From the NCBI GenBank assembly GCA_965223855.1, contig CBDCXM010000009.1:2240001-2304000 (forward strand): a DNA stretch of 64,000 bases. The letters are read 5' to 3'. Position 1 is the stretch's first letter. Every line of letters starts with the position of its first letter. Source of the stretch: Candidatus Multivoradales bacterium (lineage in GTDB: Bacteria; Acidobacteriota; Thermoanaerobaculia; Multivoradales; JAHEKO01). The notes under the pieces are model-generated. The model searched no databases, was not told the origin of the DNA, and saw only the letters and a program-made list of their open reading frames with translations. Below are positions 48,743 to 57,697 of the stretch, one piece after another. A program made the position numbers and the translations under genes.

Positions 48743-49544
48743 GCTGTGCCTCTCCTTCCGGATTCGTCTCTTGCGCAGACTGGCTTTGCACCTGCTCGTC
48801 GAGCGCCCGCTTGGCGATCCGGCCGACGTAGATGGCGACCGCCACCGCGGCGACGAGGCCGACGGCGAACGTGATCCAGCCGCCGGCTCCACGCTCGACT
48901 TCTGCCCCTCCCGCTACGGCGGCGAGGCTGCCGATCGCGCTGCCGTAGTAGACGTAGAGGAACGTCCCCGGGATCATGCCGACGGAAGCGGCGACGTAGT
49001 GCCAGAAGCTCACCTTGGTGAGCCCGAGCCCGTAGTTCATGAGGTTGAACGGGAAGATCGGGGCCAGCCTCAGCAGGGTGACGATCTTGAATCCCTCGTT
49101 GGCCACCGCGCCGTCGATCGCCGCGAACTTCGGGTTGCCGGCGATCTTGTTCTCGACCCAGCCGCGCGCCACGTAGCGGGCGACGAGGAACGCCAGTGCC
49201 GAACCGATGGTGGCGCCGAGGAAGACGATCACGGTCCCCTTGGCGAGCCCGAAGATCGCTCCTGCCGCCAGCGTCAGGAGTGACCCGGGAATGAAGCCGA
49301 CCGTGGCGACGGCGTAGCCGAGAACGAAGACGACCGGTCCCCAGACGCCGAGCCCTTCGACCCACTCGGCGAATTGCGGGATGTAGCCTCCCAGCTGCTT
49401 GCCGAGGTAGAGGATGCCGCCGAGAGCGACGATGCTGACGACGATCTTGAGCGCGAGGCCGGTCTTTGAGGCCTTGGTGTTCGAACCGGCATCGCTCGAA
49501 CCTGCATCGCTCGAACCCCTGTCGGGGCCAGCCGCTTCAGTCAT
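48735..49544 (-). CDS. TVP38/TMEM64 (DedA/VTT) membrane protein
   Basis: PGSLLTLAAGAIFG, LLRLAPIFPFN..NY..GLT, GMIPGT. Confidence 0.9.
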   Translation of the reverse strand: MTEAAGPDRGSSDAGSSDAGSNTKASKTGLALKIVVSIVALGGILYLGKQLGGYIPQFAEWVEGLGVWGPVVFVLGYAVATVGFIPGSLLTLAAGAIFGLAKGTVIVFLGATIGSALAFLVARYVARGWVENKIAGNPKFAAIDGAVANEGFKIVTLLRLAPIFPFNLMNYGLGLTKVSFWHYVAASVGMIPGTFLYVYYGSAIGSLAAVAGGAEVERGAGGWITFAVGLVAAVAVAIYVGRIAKRALDEQVQSQSAQETNPEGEAQHV

Positions 49545-49700
49545 GGGAACACTCCTGTGGGTGGGGTGGGAGGCAGCACGGCGCAGGTGAGCGTCGCGAG
49601 CCGTCTGCACCACTTACGAGACTGTCGACGCGGCGGATTGCCGCCACGAGCGGCCGGTCCGGGGATCTGATCCCCGGCGGCGAGTGCCGCCCGGCGGGAC

Positions 49701-50012
49701 TCAGGCGGCGACCCAGAGCGCAGCGGCGAGCAGAATGCCGCTCAGGCCCAGGAACATGCCGCCGACCGCGGCGAGGTTGCCCCACAGGGTCCCCTCCTTG
49801 GCGGTCTTGCCGAGGATCATCAGGCTGATCGAGGCGATCGCGAGCTGGACGAGCACGAACAGGAAGGTCGTGGAGCCGGAGAGCGAGGCGCCCGGCTCCT
49901 GGCCGGCAGCGGCGCTCCAGTTCATCCCGGCGATGACGGCGGCGACCGCCAACACTGCGAGAGCAATGAGGTCCCATCTCTTGGGCTTGGGGCCCAGTGA
50001 AGGAAGTTTCAA
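49701..50012 (-). CDS. Small hypothetical membrane protein (~3 TM)
   Basis: Hydrophobic segments and GC3 bias; start uncertain (TTG 50012). Confidence 0.55.
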   Translation of the reverse strand: MKLPSLGPKPKRWDLIALAVLAVAAVIAGMNWSAAAGQEPGASLSGSTTFLFVLVQLAIASISLMILGKTAKEGTLWGNLAAVGGMFLGLSGILLAAALWVAA

Positions 50013-50086
50013 GGCACGCTCCTCCCGTACGGTTCGGTTCGTGGAACGCGAGGATGGTAGCACGCCGCAGAGGGGCCGCTGCAGAC

Positions 50087-50118
50087 GAAACGAGCCCGGC
50101 GCAGACGCGCCGGGCTCG
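50087..50118 (-). terminator. Intrinsic terminator after the BON-LysM gene
   Basis: 12-bp perfect stem (50091-50102 with 50107-50118) followed by TTT on the minus strand. Confidence 0.6.
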
Positions 50119-50144
50119 GGAAAGTCACTGCCTGCGGAGCGGCT

Positions 50145-50636
50145 TCAGCCGTCCTGCGGGATGCGCAGCACCTGACCGGGGAAGATCTTGTCGGGGTGCT
50201 CGAGCATCGGCTTGTTGGCCTCGAAAATCTGGTGGTACTTGTTGGGGTCGCCGTAGTGCTCCTTGGAGATCTTCGACAGGGTGTCACCCGAGACGACGGT
50301 GTAGAAGACCGCCTTCGGGCCGGTGACCTCGAGACGGTCGTCCACGGTAGCGATGCCGGCGGTGTTGCCGATCGCCAGGGCGATCTTCTCCTTGGTCGCC
50401 TGGTCGGCGACGCCGCCCGCCACGCGCACGGTGTCACCGTCGACGTGGATCTGCAGGTCGTCGATGTCGAAACCGAGCGCCTTCACGTGGCGCATCAGGC
50501 TGAGCGCCCGCATCGCGTCGTTGGCTGCGTCAGCGCGCTTCTCGGCCTCGGTCGGCTGCGGCGGCGCCTTGACGGAGTCGTCGTCCTGGCCGAGCAGCTT
50601 GGCGCCGGCTTCCTTGATGAATGAAATGAGTCCCAT
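50145..50636 (-). CDS. kbp: BON-LysM protein (Kbp/YgaU-like K+-binding protein)
   Basis: MGLISFIKEAGAKL N-terminus, EKIALAIGN.AGI, YTVVSGDTLSKISK, IFEANKPML..PDKIFPGQVLRIP. Confidence 0.85.
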   Translation of the reverse strand: MGLISFIKEAGAKLLGQDDDSVKAPPQPTEAEKRADAANDAMRALSLMRHVKALGFDIDDLQIHVDGDTVRVAGGVADQATKEKIALAIGNTAGIATVDDRLEVTGPKAVFYTVVSGDTLSKISKEHYGDPNKYHQIFEANKPMLEHPDKIFPGQVLRIPQDG

Positions 50637-50694
50637 CGGAAATCCCTCCTCTTGTGGAGTCTATGTGCGTGAAGTTGCCGAGTGCGCTGTGCGC

Positions 50695-51291
50695 TCAGCG
50701 ATTGCGGAGCATCTTGCCGAGAAGGCCGGCTCCGAGAGAAGCGACATCGTCGGCGAAACTGCCGTCTCCGTCGCGGTCCAGCAGTTTACCGACCATGTCC
50801 ATCGCCTGTCCCGCCTCCGACGGCGAATGGTCGCGCTCACCGCGCAGCATCGATTCGAGACCTCGCGAATCGAGCCCCGAGCCGCGGCGCTGCTTGCCGA
50901 GGGCACCGAGGACGATCGGCGCCAGCATGGCGAGCAGCTGCCCGGCCTTGCCCGAATCGAGGCCGCTCATCCTGCCGAGACCGCTCTCGACGGCGCCCCG
51001 GCTGTTGCCGAAGACGTGGCCGAGAATGCCGTCGCCGCTGCGGCCGGGGCCGCGGGTGACGTAGCCGGCGAGATCGTCGAGGATGCTGCCGTCGTGGTCA
51101 CGGTCGAGTGCCGCGCCGAGCGCATCCGCGCCGCCGCTCTGCTGAGTGTTGCGCGCGAGGCCGCCGAGCAGCATCGGCAGCGCGCCGGCGATCGCCTTCG
51201 AAGCGAGGTCGTCGTCGATGCCGAGCTGGCGGCCGATCTGCCGGGTGGCGTCGCCGCCGAGCTGCTGCATCAGAGTATCCATCAAAGACAT
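50695..51291 (-). CDS. DUF937 family protein
   Basis: ALPMLLGGL, DHDGSILDDL, GILGHVFG, LLAMLAPIVLG, LDRDGDG. Confidence 0.8.
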   Translation of the reverse strand: MSLMDTLMQQLGGDATRQIGRQLGIDDDLASKAIAGALPMLLGGLARNTQQSGGADALGAALDRDHDGSILDDLAGYVTRGPGRSGDGILGHVFGNSRGAVESGLGRMSGLDSGKAGQLLAMLAPIVLGALGKQRRGSGLDSRGLESMLRGERDHSPSEAGQAMDMVGKLLDRDGDGSFADDVASLGAGLLGKMLRNR

Positions 51292-51318
51292 GGGTGATTC
51301 TCCTGGAAGTTGTGTGGA

Positions 51319-53166
51319 TCAGGCGTCTCGCGAGCGCTCGAGCAGTGCCTGCGCACGGTCGCGGCCGCCGAGCCCGAAGGCGAGACCGACCGCGAGGGCG
51401 GCACCGCCGACGACGGCGGCGACGACCATCTGCACGACGCCTTCACCGACGCCGAGCTGGCTCAGGCCCATGCTGGCGCCGAGGAAGATGATCGCGTAGC
51501 GGGCGATGTTCGACAGCAGCGCCTGGTGCTCGGAGCCGCCGAGAGCGCTGGAGACGAGATTGCCGACATAGTTGCCGATCGACAGCGCCGCGAGGATCAC
51601 GACGAGGCCGACGGCGAGGTTCGGCAGGTAGCGGATGAGGTCGCCGACCAGCAGCGACAGGCGATCGAGGTTGAGCGTCGCCAGTGCCTGTTCGGCGGTC
51701 AGAAGCAGGATGAGCGCCATCACGACGGTGCCGCCGATGGCCGACAGCGAGGCGCCGCCGTCCTTCGGCTGCAGGAAGTGCAGGCCGAACTTCGACGGCA
51801 GAGCGTCGAAGCCGACGCCGCTGAGGAACGAAGTGACGATTCCTCGAACGGTGTTGGCGATGTAGTAGCCGATGGCCACCACGATCAGACCGCCGAAGAT
51901 CAGCGGCACGGCCGACAACAGCTGCTCGAGGGTGTTGCGCACCGGGGTCGAGATCGCCTCGATCTTGAGTGCGTCGACGGCGGCGACGATCACCGGCACG
52001 AGAATGAAGAAGTAGGCCACCGTCCCTGCGATCTCGGAGACCGGCTTGACCCCTTCCGAGCGGCCGAAACCGACACGGGCAGCCATTCGATCGGCGCCGA
52101 CCGCCGCCAGGAAGTTGGTCGCGATCTCTCGAACCACGGTGGCGACGATCATGCCGATGCCGACGAGCACGATCGCGGCGACGATGTTCGGGATGTAGCC
52201 GAGCGCCGTCGTCAGCATTCCGGTGAGCGGAGCGACCAGCGACTGCTGGCCGAGCGCCTCGAGGAACGGGGGCAGGGCGAAGAGCAGGACGGCGTAGAAC
52301 ACCAGCCGGCCGATCATGCTGCTCGCCATCACCGTCTCGCCCTTGACCTCGCGCGGCGGGAAGTACTTCTCGGTGCGCTGGTCGAAGCCGACGGCGTGGA
52401 GGCCGCGGGTGGTCAGCATCTTCAGGATCGACGCGACGATCCACGCCACGAGCAGGATGACGAACGCCTTGAGCAGCGCCGGGATGAGCCCGAGGATCGT
52501 GGAGACGACCCCCTGGAGCGGACCCGCCACCATCTGCAGCTCCAGGGCGTCGAAGAAGGCGACGAAGCCGAGCAGCAGGATCACCCACTTGACGACCGCT
52601 CCGCCGAGCTCGTCGACGGTGGTCTTCTCGCCCTTCTCGTTCTCGAGGAACCTGCCGAGACCCCAGTCACGGGCGGCACGCTCGTCGACGGTGGTGAGGC
52701 TCAGAAGCTTCGTGGTTCCGGCACCCAGAGCGAGCGCCAGGATCCAGGCGACGGCGAGGATCAGCAGCGCCTTGAGCAGCACCGGCAGGGCGGCGGCGAA
52801 GCGCTCCCACATCGGCACCAGTGCCTCGGACCACAGTGCCTTGCCCTGGTCGCGAACGCCGGCCGTACCGGCCTGCGCGGCCTCGGCCATCTCACCGGCG
52901 GCGCTGCCGACCGCGCCGGTGATCGTGGTCGGCGGATTGCCGGCGGCGGGCTCGGCAGTCTGCGCCGGAGTCGGCTCCGCCGCTGCGGGTTCCGTGGCGG
53001 CCGGCTCCTGAAGCGCCGGCTCCTGAAGCGCCGGGTCCTGAGGCGCGGGTTCCTGCGCGGCCGGTTCCGTCGCGGCGGGCTCCTGAGCGAGCACCGGCGC
53101 GGCGACTCCGGCGAGGGCGACGACGAGCGCGAAGCCGAGAATCTGCAGTCGAGTTCTCTCGAGCAT
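51319..53166 (-). CDS. CmpX-like / MscS-associated conserved TM-helix repeat membrane protein
   Basis: Signal peptide, (Q/T)EPAx repeats, ~5 repeats of the IP..(A/G)..IL..(G/A)..(I/V)A unit, ending LAFGLGGRD. Confidence 0.8.
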   Translation of the reverse strand: MLERTRLQILGFALVVALAGVAAPVLAQEPAATEPAAQEPAPQDPALQEPALQEPAATEPAAAEPTPAQTAEPAAGNPPTTITGAVGSAAGEMAEAAQAGTAGVRDQGKALWSEALVPMWERFAAALPVLLKALLILAVAWILALALGAGTTKLLSLTTVDERAARDWGLGRFLENEKGEKTTVDELGGAVVKWVILLLGFVAFFDALELQMVAGPLQGVVSTILGLIPALLKAFVILLVAWIVASILKMLTTRGLHAVGFDQRTEKYFPPREVKGETVMASSMIGRLVFYAVLLFALPPFLEALGQQSLVAPLTGMLTTALGYIPNIVAAIVLVGIGMIVATVVREIATNFLAAVGADRMAARVGFGRSEGVKPVSEIAGTVAYFFILVPVIVAAVDALKIEAISTPVRNTLEQLLSAVPLIFGGLIVVAIGYYIANTVRGIVTSFLSGVGFDALPSKFGLHFLQPKDGGASLSAIGGTVVMALILLLTAEQALATLNLDRLSLLVGDLIRYLPNLAVGLVVILAALSIGNYVGNLVSSALGGSEHQALLSNIARYAIIFLGASMGLSQLGVGEGVVQMVVAAVVGGAALAVGLAFGLGGRDRAQALLERSRDA

Positions 53167-53238
53167 GGTCCTACTCTCCTTCCCAGATGGCCTTAGGCCG
53201 AGTGATACCTGCAAGGATACCGCTCGCCTGATGTTTCT

Positions 53239-53264
53239 GACCGTTCCGTCCCCGGATAGTCACA
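53239..53264 (-). promoter_or_regulatory. Putative ECF-sigma promoter TGTGACT-N14-CGGTC (drives cmpX-like-DUF937-kbp)
   Basis: Minus strand reads TGTGACT ATCCGGGGACGGAA CGGTC, ending ~70 nt before ATG 53166. Confidence 0.65.
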
Positions 53265-53348
53265 CCTCCGCCGCCTCAGTGGCCTCGCGGCCGCGTCCGG
53301 TAGGATCGTCAGGCTGCAATCCATTGTCAGAGGGAACCGGGGTCGGCA

Positions 53349-53374
53349 TGTGACTTCGTCACCGCTCGCCGGTC
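53349..53374 (+). promoter_or_regulatory. Putative ECF-sigma promoter TGTGACT-N14-CGGTC (drives mscL-DUF3465-sigX-crfX-cmpX)
   Basis: TGTGACT TCGTCACCGCTCGC CGGTC, ending ~70 nt before the mscL ATG. Confidence 0.65.
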
Positions 53375-53447
53375 CAGAGAAGCTCAGGTCGGTCATCCGG
53401 GCGCCGGTCGAATCCGCGTCCATCTTTGAAAAGGGGAGGAACCACGT

Positions 53448-53870
53448 ATGTTGAAGGAATTCAAGGACTTCGCCGTCAAGGGCAACGTGCTCGACATGGC
53501 GGTCGGTATCGTCATCGGCGGTGCTTTCACGCCGATCGTGAAGTCGCTCGTCGACGACCTGCTGATGCCGATCATCGGCCTCTTCACCGGCGGCGTCGAC
53601 TTCACCGACAAGTTCATCGTGCTGAAGGCCGGTGCCGAGGGAGCCGCCTACTCGACGCTCGCCGCGGCGAAGGAAGCGGGAGCGGTGACGCTCAACTACG
53701 GCGCCTTCATCAACACGATCTTCACCTTCCTGATCGTCGCTTTCGCGATCTTCATGATGGTCAAGACGTTCAATCGCTGGAAGGAAGAAGAAGCCGAAGC
53801 GCCGGCCGCTCCCCCGCAGGACATCGTGCTGCTGGAGGAGATCCGCGACGCACTGAAGTCCAACGGCTGA
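53448..53870 (+). CDS. mscL: Large-conductance mechanosensitive channel
   Basis: [41 protein letters not shown]. Confidence 0.97.
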   Translation: MLKEFKDFAVKGNVLDMAVGIVIGGAFTPIVKSLVDDLLMPIIGLFTGGVDFTDKFIVLKAGAEGAAYSTLAAAKEAGAVTLNYGAFINTIFTFLIVAFAIFMMVKTFNRWKEEEAEAPAAPPQDIVLLEEIRDALKSNG

Positions 53871-53873
53871 ACC

Positions 53874-53914
53874 CGGGCGCGGCCCGGCCTCACGGTCGGG
53901 CCGCCTCCCGTTTT
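53874..53914 (+). terminator. Internal terminator/attenuator after mscL
   Basis: GCGGCCCGGCC-TCAC-GGTCGGGCCGC stem followed by TTTT. Confidence 0.55.
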
Positions 53915-53933
53915 CGTCAGGAGTGCGCTTTTC

Positions 53934-54368
53934 TTGAATCGCAGTCGGCAGCAGTTGCTGAGACTCGTCGCCGTCGGCCTGGTGGCCGCCGGCGCCTGGC
54001 TCTACCAGCAGTACGGGGCCGGTACGTCCGTCGGCGTCTCGGGCGAACTCGCCGAGGTGATCCGAACGCGCGCTTCGGGCGCGATGGTCGAGGTCGAAGG
54101 GGTGGTTTCCAGGACGCTTTCGGACGACCTCCACGGCGATCGCCATCAGCGGTTCATCCTCGATGCCGGTAGCGGCAACACCCTGCTCGTGGCTCACAAC
54201 ATCGACCTCGCACCGAGAGTGCCGATCGATCTTGGCGACGAGGTGACGGTGCGCGGCCAGTACGAGTGGAACGACAAGGGTGGCGTGCTGCACTGGACCC
54301 ATCACGATCCGGACGGGTCGCGCCGCGACACCGGCTGGATCCGTCACCAGGGGCGTACCTACGAATGA
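53934..54368 (+). CDS. DUF3465 family protein
   Basis: L.DD..G.RHQRFIL, TLLVAHNIDLAPR, G.YEWN..GG..HWTHHDP, GWI.H.G. Confidence 0.85.
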   Translation: MNRSRQQLLRLVAVGLVAAGAWLYQQYGAGTSVGVSGELAEVIRTRASGAMVEVEGVVSRTLSDDLHGDRHQRFILDAGSGNTLLVAHNIDLAPRVPIDLGDEVTVRGQYEWNDKGGVLHWTHHDPDGSRRDTGWIRHQGRTYE

Positions 54369-54996
54369 CCCTCCAGGAGCTCGAGGACCGGGAGCTGGTC
54401 GAGAAGGTGCGCCGGGGGCCGGGCGACACCCGACCGTTCGAGGTGCTGGTCGAGCGCTACCAGTCGAAGATCCTCGCCAACTGCCGCTATCTGACCCGTT
54501 CGCCGAACGACGCCGAGGACCTCGCGCAGGAGGTCTTCGTCAAGGCGTTCTTCGGGCTCAAGCGCTTCGAAGGGCGCTCCAAGTTCTCGACCTGGCTGCA
54601 GCGCATCAAGATCAACCACTGCCTGAACTTCAACCAGAAGCGGCACGGCAAGCACATGGTCGACATCGAGGAGCCGGGCATGGAGGTCGCGGCCGGTCTC
54701 TTCGACGAGGCGCGCGGCGAGAAGGACCTCGAGAGCTTCGACGAACGGCGCCGCATCGCGCGAGTGCTCGACGCCATGTCGTCCACCCTGAGGGTCCCGC
54801 TCCTGCTGCGCGACCTGGACGGCATGACCTACCAGGAGATCGCCGAGCAGCTCGACATCGGGCTGTCGGCCGTCAAGATGAGAATCAAGAGAGCCCGTGA
54901 GGAGTTCCGTCAGCGCTACGACGAGGTCGTGGCCGGCGAGGTTGCGGCGGCCACCTGCTCGAATCAGGCCGGAGCGCGGCGTCGGAGATCGCATGA
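54365..54996 (+). CDS. sigX: ECF sigma factor, Pseudomonas SigX-like (apparent 1-nt indel near 3' end)
   Basis: ELEDRELV, AEDLAQEVF, GLKRFEGRSKFSTWL and YQEIA..L.IGLSAVKMRIKRA resemble SigX as recalled. The probable true stop is the TGA of the ATGA overlap at 54993-54996, one base out of frame. Confidence 0.75.
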
Positions 54997-55290
54997 GCGA
55001 CGAGCGCTTCGACGGCCTCGAGGAGGACGACATCGACACCGGCCAGCCGATCGCCCAGCTGGCGTCGCTGCGCGAGGAGCCGCAGATCGGGTTCTTCGGA
55101 CGGATCCGGCGCTCGATTCGAGCGGCGCCAGCTCGGCTCCGACATGGCCGAGCTGTCGGTGTCCGGCCTCGCGGCGGTGTTTCTCGAGCTGCTGCGTGCG
55201 ATGTTCGGGCTGGCCGAGGAAGCCTCGGCGAGGCCTCGAGGGACCAACCACGAGTCGGAGCAAGGACCGGGTAAAGGAGACGCAACATGA
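54993..55290 (+). CDS. Small CrfX-like putative anti-sigma factor (one frameshift near 55120)
   Basis: MSDERF...FFGRIRRSI. Removing one base continues ERRQLGSDMAELSVSGLAAVFLELLRAMFG... to TGA 55290, which overlaps the next ATG. Confidence 0.5.
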
Positions 55291-56119
55291 ACGAAACTCT
55301 GGCCGTCAAGGACCAGCTCGTCCTCACGTTTCGCAATCTGATCACCGAGATCGTCGCGGCGACTCCGAGGGTGCTCGTCTGGCGATCGCGCTCTTTCGTC
55401 GTTGCCATCCTGTCGTGGCGAAGGGGATTCGAGAAGCTCCTCAAGATGCCGTGCTGACGAGGATCCGGTTCGACAGCCTGCTGTCCCGAAGGTCGGTGTC
55501 GATCAGGCGCTGCAGCGGATCGGGCTGCGCCAGCTGATGAGCGACTTCATCCCGCGGACCGCCTACTTCCTGCTGCTGTTCCTGTTTGCGCGGGCTGCGG
55601 CCGACGCGCTCGGTCTGACGGCCGTCTCCAGCGCCATCGGCACCTTCCTCGGCTACGTGCCCAACCTGATCGCCGGCATCGTCATCGTGCTGCTCGGCAG
55701 CACGGCCGGGCAGGTGGCCGGGCTCGGCGGTCTCGACGGCAGCGGAAAACTCGGGCATCGAGTTCGGCTCCACCCTCGGCAAACTCGTCTCGGCGCTGAT
55801 CCTGTTCGTGGCGGGCATCATGGCGCTCGGGCAGCTCCAGGTCGACACCGACATCATCCGGGTTGTCACGACCTGCTTCCTCGCCGGCCTGGCGCTCGCC
55901 TTCGCGCTTTCCTTCGGCCTGGGGACGCGCGAGATTGCCCGCAACGTCATTGCCGGCTTCTATGCCCGCAAGGTGTTCGAGGTCGGCAAGGAGATGGAGA
56001 TCGGCGACGAGCGTGGCAAGCTGGCGGCGATCACGCCGACCCAGATCCTCCTCGAGCAGGACGGTCGGACCGTGGCGATCTCGAACAGCGTACTGGTCGA
56101 TCAGGTGATCAAGCAGTAG
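55287..56119 (+). pseudogene. cmpX: CmpX/MscS-like mechanosensitive channel protein, interrupted by several frameshifts
   Basis: SD AAAGGAG with ATG 55287. Fragments in different frames: GYVPNLIAGIVIVLLG, LAFALSFGLGTREIARNVIAGFY, and MscS-like G.E..IG...G....I.....ISN. Confidence 0.7.
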
Positions 56120-56126
56120 CCGGCCG

Positions 56127-57563
56127 TCAACGTCCGGCGGGCTGGTGCTCGGGCCGCAGCAGGTCGAAGACGGTCTTGACCGGCGCGAACGTCGCCGCCG
56201 GGACCTCGACGAACAGCGTGTTCCACCGGGCCATCGCGCCGTTCCACAGCCCGGGCCGCTCCAGCCCCAGCAGCGCCCTGCCTTCGTGACTCTTGCGGCT
56301 GACGAAGGCGGTCGTGGGGTCGACGAACGCTTCGAGGTCGAAGGCGGTGCCGTCCGGGCGCCGCAACACGCAGACGAGATCGACCGGGTTGAAGTGCGTG
56401 GAGCCCGCGACGATCGCCGCCTGATCGGAATCGCCATGGTCGATCTGCGACGACTCGACGATCTGCCGCGATTCGCTGCCGTCGGCGTGCCGCACCCAGA
56501 ACGGGCCGCCGCCGGGCTCGCCCTCGTTGCGGACCATGCCGCACAGCCTCAGCGGCCGTGACAGCCGGTCGTGCACCCACCTCTCCAGATCGCCGGTTCG
56601 CGGAGCGTCGAGATCGAGCGCCGCGGCGACGCGCGGTACCGCTTCGGACATCGGAAGCGTCGCGGCGGTCGTCAGCTCCCGCGAGCGAAGAACCGCTTCG
56701 CCGATCAGATGGCGCTTCCACGAGACGACTTCCGCCTGGCGCCACTCCGGCTGGATGTTGTCGATGTTCTTGATCGTGACGAGGTCGCCGTCGAGGCGCT
56801 GGAGGTTGTCGAGCAACGCTCCATGACCGGAGGGCCGGAGCAGGAGCTCGCCTGCAGAGGTGCGGAACGGCCGGCCTTGCAGATCGATCGCCAGGGTGTC
56901 GGTCGCCGGACGTTGGGTGGAGAAGTCGACCTCGAGGCTCCCGGCGAGATCGCTCGAGCGCTCGAGCGCACCGCGAAACGCCCCCATGTGCTCGGGAGAG
57001 ACGGTGAAATGTGCGCGCCCGGCGGTACCGGCGAGACCACCCGCTTCCACGAGGTGCTCCTCGAAGGCGGTGCGGCTGCCGTCGGGGTAGGTGTGGAAGC
57101 TCAACAGGCCCTTCGGCAGGGCGGCGTAGCCCAGGCCCGCCGGATCGAGCAGAGCCCCGGCCCAGTCGGCGGCGCGGTCGGTGTCGCGGCCGGTCCGGCG
57201 AATCGCCGCTTCGAGACGTTCGCCGAAAGAGAACGAGCGCCGCTCGGCGAAGAGCCGGCGTACGGCCTCCGGCTCACCTTCCATGAGCTCCCGGAACATC
57301 CGCGTCGCGGCGCCGGAGGCGGGCACGAACTTGGTGATTCGCCGCGCTTCGGAAGCCTCTCGCCACGCTTCGAGCCGGCGGCCGCCGTCCGCGTCGTCGA
57401 GCTGATGGATGCCGTCGCCGACGGTGCAGGCGCGCGCCAGTCTCAGCGGGCGGGGCGGTTCTCGCAGCAGCTCGAGCTGGCGTTGAGCCTCCTCGGGAGC
57501 GATGCCGCGCCTCTCGAGCTGGTCGAGGTCCTCGGGGCGGAGGGAGGCGGGGGAGGAAGGCAC
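56127..57563 (-). CDS. DUF4301 family protein
   Basis: KFVPASGAATRMF, LPKGL, FEEHL.E, RPSGHGALL.NL, KNIDN, CGMV.N.GEPGGGPFW, THFNPVDLVC, LWNGAM, F.PVKTV.DLL. Confidence 0.9.
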   Translation of the reverse strand: MPSSPASLRPEDLDQLERRGIAPEEAQRQLELLREPPRPLRLARACTVGDGIHQLDDADGGRRLEAWREASEARRITKFVPASGAATRMFRELMEGEPEAVRRLFAERRSFSFGERLEAAIRRTGRDTDRAADWAGALLDPAGLGYAALPKGLLSFHTYPDGSRTAFEEHLVEAGGLAGTAGRAHFTVSPEHMGAFRGALERSSDLAGSLEVDFSTQRPATDTLAIDLQGRPFRTSAGELLLRPSGHGALLDNLQRLDGDLVTIKNIDNIQPEWRQAEVVSWKRHLIGEAVLRSRELTTAATLPMSEAVPRVAAALDLDAPRTGDLERWVHDRLSRPLRLCGMVRNEGEPGGGPFWVRHADGSESRQIVESSQIDHGDSDQAAIVAGSTHFNPVDLVCVLRRPDGTAFDLEAFVDPTTAFVSRKSHEGRALLGLERPGLWNGAMARWNTLFVEVPAATFAPVKTVFDLLRPEHQPAGR

Positions 57564-57697
57564 GAGGTTCGGGAGCGGCGGCTGTCGGACGCACCGGACG
57601 GCTGTCGATGCCCGGCCCCGCGACGAGCGCGAGTATACCGGCGTACAATCCTGCCCGTTCCGACTACCGACCCACCGTCCGATCCCACCACCGACCG

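Noticed and set aside
54266-55537. 423-aa ECF with long C-terminal extension
   Set aside because: The extension is read-through caused by an indel and overlaps two better-supported downstream genes.
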